Source: an uncultured Gammaproteobacteria bacterium | GTDB lineage: Bacteria; Patescibacteriota; Patescibacteriia; Veblenbacterales; UBA10138 | Assembly: GCA_964453605.1 (NCBI GenBank) | Contig: CAYVOI010000001.1 | Coordinates: 612,095-676,094 of the forward strand | Length of the DNA stretch: 64,000 nt | Direction of reading: 5' to 3' | Shown: positions 46,553 to 55,922 of the stretch, piece after piece | How positions within the stretch are numbered: the stretch's first letter is position 1 | Layout: every line of letters starts with the position of its first letter | Position numbers and translations under genes: made by a program | The notes under the pieces: generated by a model | Database searches by the model: none | What the model saw: the letters and a program-made list of their open reading frames with translations, nothing else | Told to the model about the DNA's origin: nothing

Positions 46553-47917
46553 ATGAACCTCCGGCTCCGGCGCATCATCTACCTCAGCTTTTTCGCTGTC
46601 TTCTTCGCCGCGGCCGGCGGACTGCTCTTCTACGTCCAGGGCTACCGCTACAACCCCTTGAAGGGCAAGGTGGTGCGCACCGGCGCCATTGTGGTGGATT
46701 CAAACCCGGCCGGAGCCAATGTCACCTTGGCTGGCGCCGCTCAGGGAGACGCTACACCAACCTCGCTGCAGTCGCTGCAGCCAGCCGACTACGAGGTTGG
46801 TGTAGAGCTGCCGGGCTTTCAACCCTGGCGTAAAACGCTGTCGGTTAAACCATCGCTCGTTACCTTTACCGGCACGGTCCACCTCTGGCCCGAAACGTCA
46901 GCCGGCCTACGGCTCACGAGCGGAGCCGTAACCACCACGCTCCTCTCCCCCACCGGTGAAAACCTCCTGGCCTACGTACCCCAAGGTCTTAACTCCGGCT
47001 TGTGGCTCTACAACCTGAGCACAGGCCAGGGCAGCCTCCTCACGCGGCTTGGCGGTAGTACGGTAACTGCGCTCGAGTGGCACCCGAGTGGCCAAGACCT
47101 CCTGCTCGGCGTAACTACAGGTAGCAGCACCCGTTACCAAACCTTTAGCCTAACCAGCCGTACCTGGGAAGAGGCTAGCTGGGACGAGGACGTTACCCCG
47201 CAAACAGCGCACTGGGGTGACGACGAAAACACGCTCCTGGTGTACTCCAACCAGGCGCTGTACCAGTACAGCCGCCACCTGAGCACGCTCCGGCTGCTGT
47301 GGCGTGCCAACCTTATCGACTTCCGTGTGCACGACGGGCTGGTGTTCGGCCTGGTACAGCACGGTAGCAGCAGCCCCGAGCTCAAAGTGCTCGACCTGTC
47401 AAGCCTGCAGAACGTGCCCCTGGGCGAGGCCCCGGTGCTGTCAACGAACCTCAAGTTTCTCGAGGCACGCAGTGGCTGGCTGCCACTCTACGACCAAGAC
47501 CGCCACTCACTCTACCTCTTGCACTCACCGCTCACCGAAACCGTGCCCATCCGCAAGCTACCAGAGGTTACTGGCCTGGACTGGTCAGCCGATGGCTTGC
47601 GACTACTCCTGACTAACAACTTCGAGCTCTGGCAGTACGACGTCACCGCCGACAGCTTAAACCTGACCTTACGGGTGAGCACACCCCTTACCCAAGGCCG
47701 CCTGGTGGGCCGAGAACCGTACGCAGTCGTGGCTACGGCCGGTCAGGTGTGGGCCGTTGAGTTTGACTCACGCGGGCTGCAGCAACGCTGGCTCCTCAGC
47801 GACTACGGGAAAGAGGCGGTTCAGGACGTCTTCCTGGACCCACGGGGAGAAAACCTCACGGTTAAACTGGCGAGTGGCCTTAGGCGCCTGAGCCTAACCT
47901 CGGCCGGCCGTAACTGA
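46553..47917 (+). CDS. PEGA domain-containing membrane-anchored protein with beta-propeller-like C-terminal region
   Basis: N-terminal TM, then IVVDSNPAGANVTLAGAAQGDATPTSL..LQPADYEVGVELPGFQPW, a PEGA pattern, followed by TolB-like repeats. Confidence 0.6.
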   Translation: MNLRLRRIIYLSFFAVFFAAAGGLLFYVQGYRYNPLKGKVVRTGAIVVDSNPAGANVTLAGAAQGDATPTSLQSLQPADYEVGVELPGFQPWRKTLSVKPSLVTFTGTVHLWPETSAGLRLTSGAVTTTLLSPTGENLLAYVPQGLNSGLWLYNLSTGQGSLLTRLGGSTVTALEWHPSGQDLLLGVTTGSSTRYQTFSLTSRTWEEASWDEDVTPQTAHWGDDENTLLVYSNQALYQYSRHLSTLRLLWRANLIDFRVHDGLVFGLVQHGSSSPELKVLDLSSLQNVPLGEAPVLSTNLKFLEARSGWLPLYDQDRHSLYLLHSPLTETVPIRKLPEVTGLDWSADGLRLLLTNNFELWQYDVTADSLNLTLRVSTPLTQGRLVGREPYAVVATAGQVWAVEFDSRGLQQRWLLSDYGKEAVQDVFLDPRGENLTVKLASGLRRLSLTSAGRN

Positions 47918-48631
47918 AGCCGCCGTCCGCGCGGCTAGCAGGTTAGCTTTGAGCAGCGAGTCGAACGTGCCCGCGTCGGTCCACTCACCACTCAGCTTGG
48001 TGTAGTGCAGGGTGCCTGCCACCACGTAAGCGTTGTTGACGTCGGTAATTTCTAGCTCGCCGCGGGCAGAAGGCTTTAAACTTTTTATAATTTCAAACAC
48101 GTGAGCATCATAGAGGTAGAGCCCAGTAACCGCTAGGTTGCTCACTGAAGTTTTTGGCTTTTCTACAATCTTGACCACCTTGTCACCCGCCAGCTCAGCT
48201 ACTCCGAATCGCTCAGGGTCGGGCACCTGCTTCAGGAACACATGGGCACCCTCCGGTTTTTGTGCAAATGTTTGAATAGCCTGGCTAAGGTCGTCCTCGT
48301 AAATATTATCACCTAAAATTGCGGCCACAGCCTCACCATCGACAAAGCCCTCTGCTAGCCCCAGGGCCTGGGCAATACCCCCCGCCTCGTCCTGCAGCTC
48401 GTATGCTAGGCGCACGCCAAACTCCTTGCCACTACCCAGGAGATGCAAGAAATGGCCAGCGTGCTCAGGGCCAGACACAATCATGATCTCGGTAATGCCC
48501 GCATCCACCAACGTCTGCAGCGGGTAGTAGATCATGGGTTTGTTATACACCGGCAGCAGGTGCTTGTTGGTGACGTTGGTGATGGGCCTAAGCCTCGTCC
48601 CTAAGCCACCGGCCAAAATAACGCCTTTCAT
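47894..48631 (-). CDS. rfbA: Glucose-1-phosphate thymidylyltransferase RfbA/RmlA
   Basis: MKGVILAGGLGTRLRPIT...NKPMIYYPL canonical RmlA N-terminus. Start at the internal Met. Confidence 0.85.
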   Translation of the reverse strand: MKGVILAGGLGTRLRPITNVTNKHLLPVYNKPMIYYPLQTLVDAGITEIMIVSGPEHAGHFLHLLGSGKEFGVRLAYELQDEAGGIAQALGLAEGFVDGEAVAAILGDNIYEDDLSQAIQTFAQKPEGAHVFLKQVPDPERFGVAELAGDKVVKIVEKPKTSVSNLAVTGLYLYDAHVFEIIKSLKPSARGELEITDVNNAYVVAGTLHYTKLSGEWTDAGTFDSLLKANLLAARTAASVTAGRG

Positions 48632-48638
48632 AAGATTA

Positions 48639-49565
48639 TCATTTTTCGGCATTGCCTGCTTCCTGGGCTACACGATGCAAAACTTCTATGAGATGATTAT
48701 CACGAAATAGAGTCTCTATCTGTTTATCTAGTGTATCACCTACGGTGCCCTCACCAAAGGGAATCTCAAATTTGCTGCCGTACCGCTCCTGGTAGTAGTT
48801 CATATAGTTCATAAGGAGGTACTTTTTTTCTTCCTCAATAGATTTCGGTAGGTACTTTTGTTGGCTGCTATCGACAACGCTATGGGCGGCATCATTCGCC
48901 TGTGTCTCAAGCCATCGTACAGTTTCAGCTCCTGTAAAAAATTCTTCAAGATAGAGGTTTACTGGCGTCGAAAGGTCGGGGTAACGTATAAACCCTAACG
49001 TGTCATTAGCATTCTGAGCACGTTCTTGGGCCATATGCCTAGCGTGCATACCTTCGTGGTAAGGCGTACTCACTTTAGCCTCTTGTAGCGTGTCAGCTGG
49101 TCCGTAAAAGATATAGACAGTATCCCTCCCAAGGTTAAACCGCGTGCGAGCGCCGGCTGGTCTAGCGGAACCTGCAAAGGTGAGTGCGGCCACCTTTCCA
49201 AAGAGAGCTTCAAACAGAGCTTGATCTGCTTCGCTTAAATTTTTCCTTTCATCTTCTAGACTTCCCACAACGACAGGGATTTTTAGATCGTCAAATTTAG
49301 GATAGAAGCGTTCATAGCCACTATACCGCTTCTGTGTTTCGGCTGTACGATAGCTAACCTTGTGAGAAGGCGATTCTTTGGCTGTTTCAAGTTCTTGGCC
49401 AAAACCGGGGTGTGTGGCGACAAACTCCATAAAAGCACCAAGTGCTGCCAAGCCGCAGTACTTAGCAGTCCTGGTGAACTTTTCGCGCCATTCGTATCCT
49501 CTTCCACTACCCTGGTGCTCTTGCGACTGTAGCGGCTCCGGCAGGTGATGTTCTAGTGACTCCAT
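48639..49565 (-). CDS. Hypothetical protein with HExxH motif (possible zinc metallohydrolase), AT-rich insert within rfb cluster
   Basis: 308 aa. YHEGMHARHM with a downstream LEEFF Glu. Nucleotide composition is visibly AT-richer than the flanking rfbA/rfbD. Confidence 0.45.
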   Translation of the reverse strand: MESLEHHLPEPLQSQEHQGSGRGYEWREKFTRTAKYCGLAALGAFMEFVATHPGFGQELETAKESPSHKVSYRTAETQKRYSGYERFYPKFDDLKIPVVVGSLEDERKNLSEADQALFEALFGKVAALTFAGSARPAGARTRFNLGRDTVYIFYGPADTLQEAKVSTPYHEGMHARHMAQERAQNANDTLGFIRYPDLSTPVNLYLEEFFTGAETVRWLETQANDAAHSVVDSSQQKYLPKSIEEEKKYLLMNYMNYYQERYGSKFEIPFGEGTVGDTLDKQIETLFRDNHLIEVLHRVAQEAGNAEK

Positions 49566-49582
49566 AACGGCTCTACCTTAAC

Positions 49583-50419
49583 CTAAGCAAGGTAATCACG
49601 CAACGCCTCTTGCCAACTGCGAAGCTGTGGGAACTTGGTGTTAAGTAGCACAGCGTTCTTGGGACGCTGGGCGCGGGTGGGGTACTCGGCAGAAGAAATA
49701 GGCCTGAGTGGCGTGGTAACGCCTTTAAGCCTGAAGGCCTCTTTCGCCACGTCGTACCAACTAGCCACACCTTCGTTCACCAAGTGGTACACGCCTGGCG
49801 CCAGCTCACTGCCCAACAGCCTCACCACCGCGTGGGCTAAATCTTTTGTGGATGTCGGCTTGCCAAACTGATCACTCACCACCCTAACCTCAGGTTTCTC
49901 AGCTGCTAGTTTTAGCACGGTGTCCACAAAGTTCATCCCCCGCGGCTTGCCGCGCTGTGGTGCATGGCCGTAGAGCCAGGAACTGCGCACTACATAGCCA
50001 TGCACGTAATTAATTACGTAATTCTCGCCCGCCAATTTTGATTCGCCGTACACGCTCAACGGGTGGGCGGCGGCGTTTTCGGCGTAGCCTTTGGAGCTTG
50101 TGCCATCGAACACATACTCTGTAGAAAAGTGTACCAACTTTGCGCCCGCGGCTTTGGCCGCCTCAAGCATGTAGCCTACGGCGTCGGCGTTAAGCTGAAA
50201 CGCTAGTTCACGCGCACCCTCCGCGCCGTCCACGTCCGTATACCCCGTGGCATTAATAACTACCTCAGGCTTAAGCTTGGTAAGCTTAGCTGCTACAGCC
50301 TCACGATTGGTAACATCAAGCTCCTCACGGTCGAGGCAAGTAAGCTCTGCTCCGCCCGCAAACGCAGCAGCTAGGTCAGTACCCAGCATGCCACGCGAAC
50401 CTAAAATAGCAACGCGCAT
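49583..50419 (-). CDS. rfbD: dTDP-4-dehydrorhamnose reductase RfbD/RmlD
   Basis: MRVAILGSRGMLGTDL Rossmann N-terminus, STEYVFDG, and YGESKLAGE (YxxxK). Confidence 0.8.
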   Translation of the reverse strand: MRVAILGSRGMLGTDLAAAFAGGAELTCLDREELDVTNREAVAAKLTKLKPEVVINATGYTDVDGAEGARELAFQLNADAVGYMLEAAKAAGAKLVHFSTEYVFDGTSSKGYAENAAAHPLSVYGESKLAGENYVINYVHGYVVRSSWLYGHAPQRGKPRGMNFVDTVLKLAAEKPEVRVVSDQFGKPTSTKDLAHAVVRLLGSELAPGVYHLVNEGVASWYDVAKEAFRLKGVTTPLRPISSAEYPTRAQRPKNAVLLNTKFPQLRSWQEALRDYLA

Positions 50420-50421
50420 AA

Positions 50422-50826
50422 CTAAGCCTGCCTAGCCAAAACTTTTTGAAACTCCTCGTAGTCCTGAATGTAATCAGCACGCGAGGAGTCGAAGTTGGTG
50501 GAGGACAGCGCCACTACAACCGTATTCGGCTGCCATGATTTAAAATGGTGCCAGACGTAGGCAGGTACGTAGATAGCATCACCCTGCGCCATGGGCACGT
50601 CCCTGAGGCCCGAGCCGTCGTCTATCTCAGCCACGCAAGCGCCCGCAAAACAAATAAAGCACTCTTCCTCAACTTTGTGGCAGTGCGAGCCAGTTGGCTT
50701 TTTGCCGTCAACAATGGCGTACACACGCTTCACCACGAAGCTCAGGTACTCTTTGAGCTCCAGCGGAATTAACGAAATTCTGTCGTCGGTGTGTATGGGC
50801 AGTTTAAAGCGCTTAAACATTTGCAT
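50422..50826 (-). CDS. FdtA/WxcM-like cupin (dTDP-4-keto-6-deoxyglucose 3,4-ketoisomerase-like); divergent RmlC not excluded
   Basis: 134 aa. VKRVYAIVDGKKPTGSHCHKVEEECFICFAGACVAEIDDGSG...AIYVPAYVWHHFKSW...DYIQDYEEF closely parallels the FdtA pattern (RVYYIFD..RGFHAHK...LDDG...VWHEMHDF...DYIRQYDNF). Too short for a typical RmlC. Confidence 0.55.
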   Translation of the reverse strand: MQMFKRFKLPIHTDDRISLIPLELKEYLSFVVKRVYAIVDGKKPTGSHCHKVEEECFICFAGACVAEIDDGSGLRDVPMAQGDAIYVPAYVWHHFKSWQPNTVVVALSSTNFDSSRADYIQDYEEFQKVLARQA

Positions 50827-50843
50827 AGCGTGTGCTGAAGACC

Positions 50844-53800
50844 TTAGTTTTGCTCTGGTTCGCCCTCCTCGTACTCGTCATCATATTCATCAGACATTTC
50901 ACCCACAAAAATTACATTATCTCCCTCACACTCCACCTTGCTATAACCAGTACGCCTTCCAACTATAGCTGAATCAATGTGATATTGGGTTAGCCAAGCG
51001 CCTGGCATAGAAACCCGGTACCCCCCTTTTGGCTGCACAGATAAAAATGCGACCAATGCATCAGTTATGGATTTTTCATCTGCTCCCGGAGCTTCTACCA
51101 CCTGCTTTACCGTCACCTCATCCCAGGCCTCGGATTCCTCCCGCTCAAAATCAAGTGCCGCCATCATTAACACTGGTTTGCCAGCTAGGCTGATTTGAGT
51201 GGTCCTGTTTTCGGCCTCAAAAATAGGATCATTATCTTCGTCACGACTTAAAACCCGTTCACAGGGGGCCAGCTCTTTGGCCAAGGCTTCACACTGTTCA
51301 TTAGTCAGAGCATAGTTAGCCATCAGCTGCGCGCGTAAAACGCTATCTGGTTGCAGCATGGCTGGCGTCACAAATCCCAAACGCGGCCGTACACCCTCAG
51401 CTTTATTGCCGACTGGCTCGCGCAAGCGGATAACCGTATCATGAATAAAACAATCGCTATACTCAAGTTCGCCCTCAACAGGCTGATACTCATTGCGTAC
51501 TAATTCGCCCATCTCACGCACCAGTTCCCTATCATCATTGAAGCTCGTGCCCATAATGATATTTTTATCAGGCCAACACTGCGCAACAGCTTGGCGGTAT
51601 AGCTTGGCAATGTCGGGCACTAGATTTTCATAGGTATGAGCCACCTCGATATTATCCATAGCCAGCGTATCCCAGCCTCGCTTTGATTTACCTTTGCCGC
51701 TTTTACGCGCCGCCACCAGCACCGACTGTGCCACAATTTGTTCAACACCGTCTCGCGAGAGCGACACAGTAAAGTAAGCTGTATCTGAGCGGTACATGTA
51801 ATCGTAATTTTTCTCATCGCCATAAGGCATGCAGCAGTTCGTGGCGTCGCCACAAACTATGCCCCGCGGGTCGGACTTGGCGTGCACGCGCGCTACCAAC
51901 GTATCCCCGGTGGCGATACCGCGGCTTTGCAATATGTTTTCTACCTGCTGGGCCAGCTCCGGGTATTTGTCAAAATAAACATCAGGCTTGGCAAAAAATT
52001 CCTTAACCGCCGCCTGACCGCCTGGCTCATGCTGCTGCACCAGCTGTTCTACTTGCCGGTAGAGTTCGGTGGCGTTGCCGAGCAGCCTGGTTTTTCTGGC
52101 CAACCCTAAGTATTCATCTAAAACCTGCTCGGCATAGTCAGCCGCTCGTTCTCTGAATTCTATAGGCGACTCTGGTGGCCGCTGCGCAATAACCTCGCCA
52201 GCACCACCTTTACCTTCAGCCAAGCCGGCCAAATGCCGAAGCACCGGATCGGTCGGCAGACCACCGCCTAGCCGTTCGCGCGCCAACAGGCCAGCCAGCT
52301 TTTCGTACAATGGCACCAAATGTTCAAAGCGCAACTGAATCTTCTGCGCCGGTGAAGCTTCAGCGTAGCCGGGCAGTCGCTCAATCAAACTGGCCAGCCG
52401 CTTGCCTACGCCGGCTTTGTCCTCGGTTACTTCAAAACCGTTACCCTTAACAAGCTTGAGCGAATCCAAATAGCGCGCATGCGTTTTTTTTAAATTAATA
52501 AGCTCTACGTCATCCTTAGGCTTGCGGTACACCGTGGCAAAATTCTCGCGCAAGCGCTGTTCCTCTGCCGCCACCACCGCCTGTTGCACGCGCATAACCG
52601 CCGGGCCCAGCTCCTTATGAATTTGCCCCACGGCACCCTGAAGCTTTTGCAACTCACGCGAACCTAGCGCCCCTTGTAGCACTCTGCCCAGGGGCGTGAT
52701 TCTACTAACTAAATCAGGTATCGGCTGTATGAGTGCTTTTTCATCCAGCGCATCACGATTTTCCAATAAACGTATAAGAGCGCTATTTGGCTCAGACAAA
52801 TCTGCCGCCAGCTGCTCGGTGTTACCCACCGTGTCAAGAATACTGATTATTTTTCCTTTGACTTGCTCTGCTATGCCTGGGGGAAATGTAAAATTGCGCT
52901 TTATAAGAATACAAATGCGACTAAAATCCCTTAACGTTCCAGGCGCGCGGTCTGAGCCAAATTCAGCCAAGCGCACTGCCGCATACGTGGGAGCAAAACT
53001 GGCTAAACGCTCCGCTTCTTCGGGGTTAGCGATCGAGCCCACCAAAGCTTTAAACGCTTCAGGGGCCCCGGCGTATTCGCTAACTAGCTTAGGCATGAAC
53101 TGCAGCGCGTCGTGAGTGGTAGTGCCGCTACGGCAGGCACTTTCCAAGTACTTATTGGCCGCCGCGGTATCGCCTGCCAGGCCACTCACTAAGCTATCGT
53201 ACCAGCCAGCCACGTCCGCCGGCCACACCTGCTCGCGGCAGTGCTTATAAAACTCGTTCAGGCCGACCTGGCCTTGCTTGCCGGCGAATTTTTTAGCGGT
53301 TGGCTCATCTGCCAACGCATTCACCTCGTACACGGCCGGAAGTTCAAGTAGCAACTTATGTATTGGATCAGTAAAACTTGCTTGGGTTAGCCCAAGCGCC
53401 TGAGCCGCCCGCCTCACCCCATTGTATGGCACACTTGCAACCACCGAACTACGTTCGGCCTCAGGCAGGGGGAAGCGCTTAAGGAGTTTGCCGGCTCCTT
53501 CATAAAAGTCAGAGCTGTCGAGGATCTTAATAAGCCTTTGTTTGACAGCGGCTTGGACTTCTGCTTCAGGCAGGGGGAAGTGGCCAAGGAGTTGGGCGGC
53601 TTTTTCATAATTGTAATGGTCGGCAGCAAGGAGCTCGACAAGCCTTTGTTTGACAGCGGCTTGGACTTCTGCTTCAGGCAGGGGGAAGTGGCCAAGGAGT
53701 TGGGCGGCTTTTTCATAATTGTAATGGTCGGCAGCAAGGAGCTCGACAAGCCTTTGTTTGACAGCGGCTTGGACTTCTGCTTCAGGCAGGGGGAAGCGCT

Positions 53801-54911
53801 TAAGGAGTTGAGCAGCGGCATCAAGTTTACCCACAGTAAGGTCCAGGATAAGCCCTTGTTTGGTGGCGGCGTGGATGTCGGGTGATTGCAGTTCGGCCGG
53901 AGGCAGGGGGAAGTGGTCAAGGAGTTTGTCGACTTCTTCATAATTGTAAAGGCTGGCAGCAAGGAGCTCGACAAGCCTTTGTTTGACAGCGGCTTGGATG
54001 TCGGGTGATTGCAGTTCAGCCTCAGGCAGGGGTAAGTCGCCAAGGAGTTGGGCGGCGGTATCAGGGTTACCCCTGGTAAGGCAACTGATAAGCCCTTGTT
54101 TGGTGGCGGCGTGGATGTCGGGTGATTGCAGTTCGGCCGGAGGCAGAGGGAAACGCTCAAGGAGTTGGGCAGCATGATATCTAAAGCCATTACTCAGGAT
54201 CTTGATAAGGCTTTGTTTGACAAGGGCGTGGATGTCGGGTGATTGCAGTTCGGCCGGAGGCAGAGGGAAACGCTCAAGGAGTTGGTCAGCGGCATCATGG
54301 TTACCCACGGTAAGGCACTGGATAAGCCTTTGTTTGACAGCGGCTTGGATGTCGGGTGATTGCAGTTCAGCCGGAGGCAGAGGGAAACGCTGAATAAAGA
54401 GTTGGGCACCAAAATCAGGGTAATATCTAAGGCGCTCGATAAGCACTTGTTTGGTGGCGGCTTGGACTTCTGCCTCAGGCAGGGGGAAGCGCTTAAGGAG
54501 TTTGCCGGCTCCTTCATAAAAGTCAGAGCTGTCGAGGATCTTAATAAGCCTTTGTTTGACAGCGGCTTGGACTTCTGCTTCAGGCAGGGGGAAGTGGCCA
54601 AGGAGTCGGACAGCGGCATCGGGGCTATATCTAAGGATCTCGATAAGCCCTTGTTTGGTGGCGGCTTGGATGTCAGGTGATTGCAGTTCAGCCTCAGGCA
54701 GGGGGAAGTGGTCAAGGAGTCGGACAGCTGCACCAGAGTCACCCCTGGTAAGCAAATTAATAATATCTTCTCTGTTTCGGTTATATGCACTAGCTTTATC
54801 AAAAGCAACATCGGCCGTGGCCTGCTTTTCCTGCTCCGGCAGCGCCGAAAAGCGTTCCTGGTTTTCTGCTTTGGTAAAATCAAATTCCTGATGTTCCCCT
54901 GGCTCGGGCAT
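50844..54911 (-). CDS. Giant repeat protein (1355 aa): about 12 tandem 36-40-aa alpha-helical repeats (..FPLPEAE[VL]Q..A.KQ.LI..L..) plus about 830-aa C-terminal domain of unknown function with an acidic tail
   Basis: Uninterrupted ORF with no signal peptide. The repeat region is encoded by near-identical 108-bp DNA tandem repeats. The C-terminal region contains a CGDATNCCMPYG motif. Several listed ORFs in other frames (53414..54190, 54194..54883, 53538..53885 etc.) are artefacts of the repeats. Confidence 0.7.
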   Translation of the reverse strand: MPEPGEHQEFDFTKAENQERFSALPEQEKQATADVAFDKASAYNRNREDIINLLTRGDSGAAVRLLDHFPLPEAELQSPDIQAATKQGLIEILRYSPDAAVRLLGHFPLPEAEVQAAVKQRLIKILDSSDFYEGAGKLLKRFPLPEAEVQAATKQVLIERLRYYPDFGAQLFIQRFPLPPAELQSPDIQAAVKQRLIQCLTVGNHDAADQLLERFPLPPAELQSPDIHALVKQSLIKILSNGFRYHAAQLLERFPLPPAELQSPDIHAATKQGLISCLTRGNPDTAAQLLGDLPLPEAELQSPDIQAAVKQRLVELLAASLYNYEEVDKLLDHFPLPPAELQSPDIHAATKQGLILDLTVGKLDAAAQLLKRFPLPEAEVQAAVKQRLVELLAADHYNYEKAAQLLGHFPLPEAEVQAAVKQRLVELLAADHYNYEKAAQLLGHFPLPEAEVQAAVKQRLIKILDSSDFYEGAGKLLKRFPLPEAERSSVVASVPYNGVRRAAQALGLTQASFTDPIHKLLLELPAVYEVNALADEPTAKKFAGKQGQVGLNEFYKHCREQVWPADVAGWYDSLVSGLAGDTAAANKYLESACRSGTTTHDALQFMPKLVSEYAGAPEAFKALVGSIANPEEAERLASFAPTYAAVRLAEFGSDRAPGTLRDFSRICILIKRNFTFPPGIAEQVKGKIISILDTVGNTEQLAADLSEPNSALIRLLENRDALDEKALIQPIPDLVSRITPLGRVLQGALGSRELQKLQGAVGQIHKELGPAVMRVQQAVVAAEEQRLRENFATVYRKPKDDVELINLKKTHARYLDSLKLVKGNGFEVTEDKAGVGKRLASLIERLPGYAEASPAQKIQLRFEHLVPLYEKLAGLLARERLGGGLPTDPVLRHLAGLAEGKGGAGEVIAQRPPESPIEFRERAADYAEQVLDEYLGLARKTRLLGNATELYRQVEQLVQQHEPGGQAAVKEFFAKPDVYFDKYPELAQQVENILQSRGIATGDTLVARVHAKSDPRGIVCGDATNCCMPYGDEKNYDYMYRSDTAYFTVSLSRDGVEQIVAQSVLVAARKSGKGKSKRGWDTLAMDNIEVAHTYENLVPDIAKLYRQAVAQCWPDKNIIMGTSFNDDRELVREMGELVRNEYQPVEGELEYSDCFIHDTVIRLREPVGNKAEGVRPRLGFVTPAMLQPDSVLRAQLMANYALTNEQCEALAKELAPCERVLSRDEDNDPIFEAENRTTQISLAGKPVLMMAALDFEREESEAWDEVTVKQVVEAPGADEKSITDALVAFLSVQPKGGYRVSMPGAWLTQYHIDSAIVGRRTGYSKVECEGDNVIFVGEMSDEYDDEYEEGEPEQN
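53410..54760. repeat. Intragenic tandem repeat array, unit 108 bp (some units 114-120 bp), about 12 copies, several consecutive copies identical
   Basis: TGACAGC anchors at 53543, 53651 and 53759 (period 108). Identical blocks cctttgtttgacagcggcttggacttctgcttcaggcagggggaagtggccaaggagttgggcggctttttcataattgtaatggtcggcagcaaggagctcgacaag are repeated. Confidence 0.85.
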
Positions 54912-54914
54912 AAG

Positions 54915-55919
54915 CTAAGTTAGATGTGGGTTAATAGCTGCCTGGCGCGCCTCAATATGTTTTACCCAGCCTTGGTGCTCGCGGTACCACTGAACGGTTT
55001 CGGGGATAGCAGTTTCAAACTTGTACTGCGGAGCCCAGCCAAGCTCGTGTGAAATTTTCGAGGCGTCTATGGCATAGCGCCTGTCGTGCCCTGGCCGGTC
55101 GGAAACGAAAGTAATGAGCGACTCTGGTTTCCCCAGCTCGCGCAAAATAATTTTGGCAATGTCGAGGTTGGAGCGTTCGTTGTTGCCGCCGATGTTGTAG
55201 ACCTCCCCTGGCACGCCTTTGTGCAGCATGAGGTCTATGGCGCTACAGTGGTCGCGAACAAAGAGCCAGTCCCGCACGTTCTGCCCATCGCCGTAGAGGG
55301 GCAGGGGTTGGTCTTTGAGCGCGCGAAAAATGAAAAACGGAATCAGCTTTTCCGGGAACTGGTACGGGCCGTAGTTGTTGGAACAGTGCGACACTACCAC
55401 CGGCGTGCCGTAGGTAGCGTGGGCGGCTCGGCAGAGCAAATCGCCCCCGGCTTTGGCTGCAGCATAGGGTGCGTTAGGCTGGAACGGGGTGCTTTCGGTG
55501 AACTGCGTGGGCTGCCCCAGCTCCAGGGAGCCATACACCTCGTCAGTTGAAATCTGCACCATTTTTTTAACCGAGTACTTGCGCACGGCGTCAAGCAAGG
55601 TCTGCACCCCGAGCGTATTGGTGAGCACAAAGTCGCGGGCCCCTAGGTGAATGCTACGGTCCACGTGCGTTTCCGCCGCAAAGTTCACCACACCGTCAAA
55701 GCCCTGCTTAAACAGCTCGTCCACCGCCGCCTGGGCAGCGACATCACCCTGCACAAAGTGGTAGTGCGGGTTAGCCTCAAGGTCCCGCAAGTTCTCCAAG
55801 TTCCCGGCGTAGGTAAGCTTATCAAAATTTGTAACCTCGTAGTCAGGGTGCTCCCCGAGTACGTGGTGAATAAAGTTGGAGCCTATGAACCCAGCTCCGC
55901 CCGTAACCAACAGTTTCAT
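54915..55919 (-). CDS. rfbB: dTDP-glucose 4,6-dehydratase RfbB/RmlB
   Basis: MKLLVTGGAGFIGSNF Rossmann motif, YAAAKAGGD (YxxxK). 334 aa. Confidence 0.9.
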   Translation of the reverse strand: MKLLVTGGAGFIGSNFIHHVLGEHPDYEVTNFDKLTYAGNLENLRDLEANPHYHFVQGDVAAQAAVDELFKQGFDGVVNFAAETHVDRSIHLGARDFVLTNTLGVQTLLDAVRKYSVKKMVQISTDEVYGSLELGQPTQFTESTPFQPNAPYAAAKAGGDLLCRAAHATYGTPVVVSHCSNNYGPYQFPEKLIPFFIFRALKDQPLPLYGDGQNVRDWLFVRDHCSAIDLMLHKGVPGEVYNIGGNNERSNLDIAKIILRELGKPESLITFVSDRPGHDRRYAIDASKISHELGWAPQYKFETAIPETVQWYREHQGWVKHIEARQAAINPHLT

Positions 55920-55922
55920 GCG

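Noticed and set aside
53410-54760. Possible CRISPR array because of regular near-identical repeats
   Set aside because: The repeats are contiguous with no unique spacers (unit 108 bp) and lie inside a continuous ORF encoding 36-aa protein repeats.
53414-54883. Multiple listed ORFs in alternative frames within the giant gene (53414..54190 -, 54194..54883 -, 53538..53885 +, 53983..54177 +, 54202..54393 +, 54360..54680 +, 54556..54891 +)
   Set aside because: They are frame artefacts of the 108-bp tandem repeats, which keep every frame open. The single 1355-aa frame is continuous and contains the repeat consensus.
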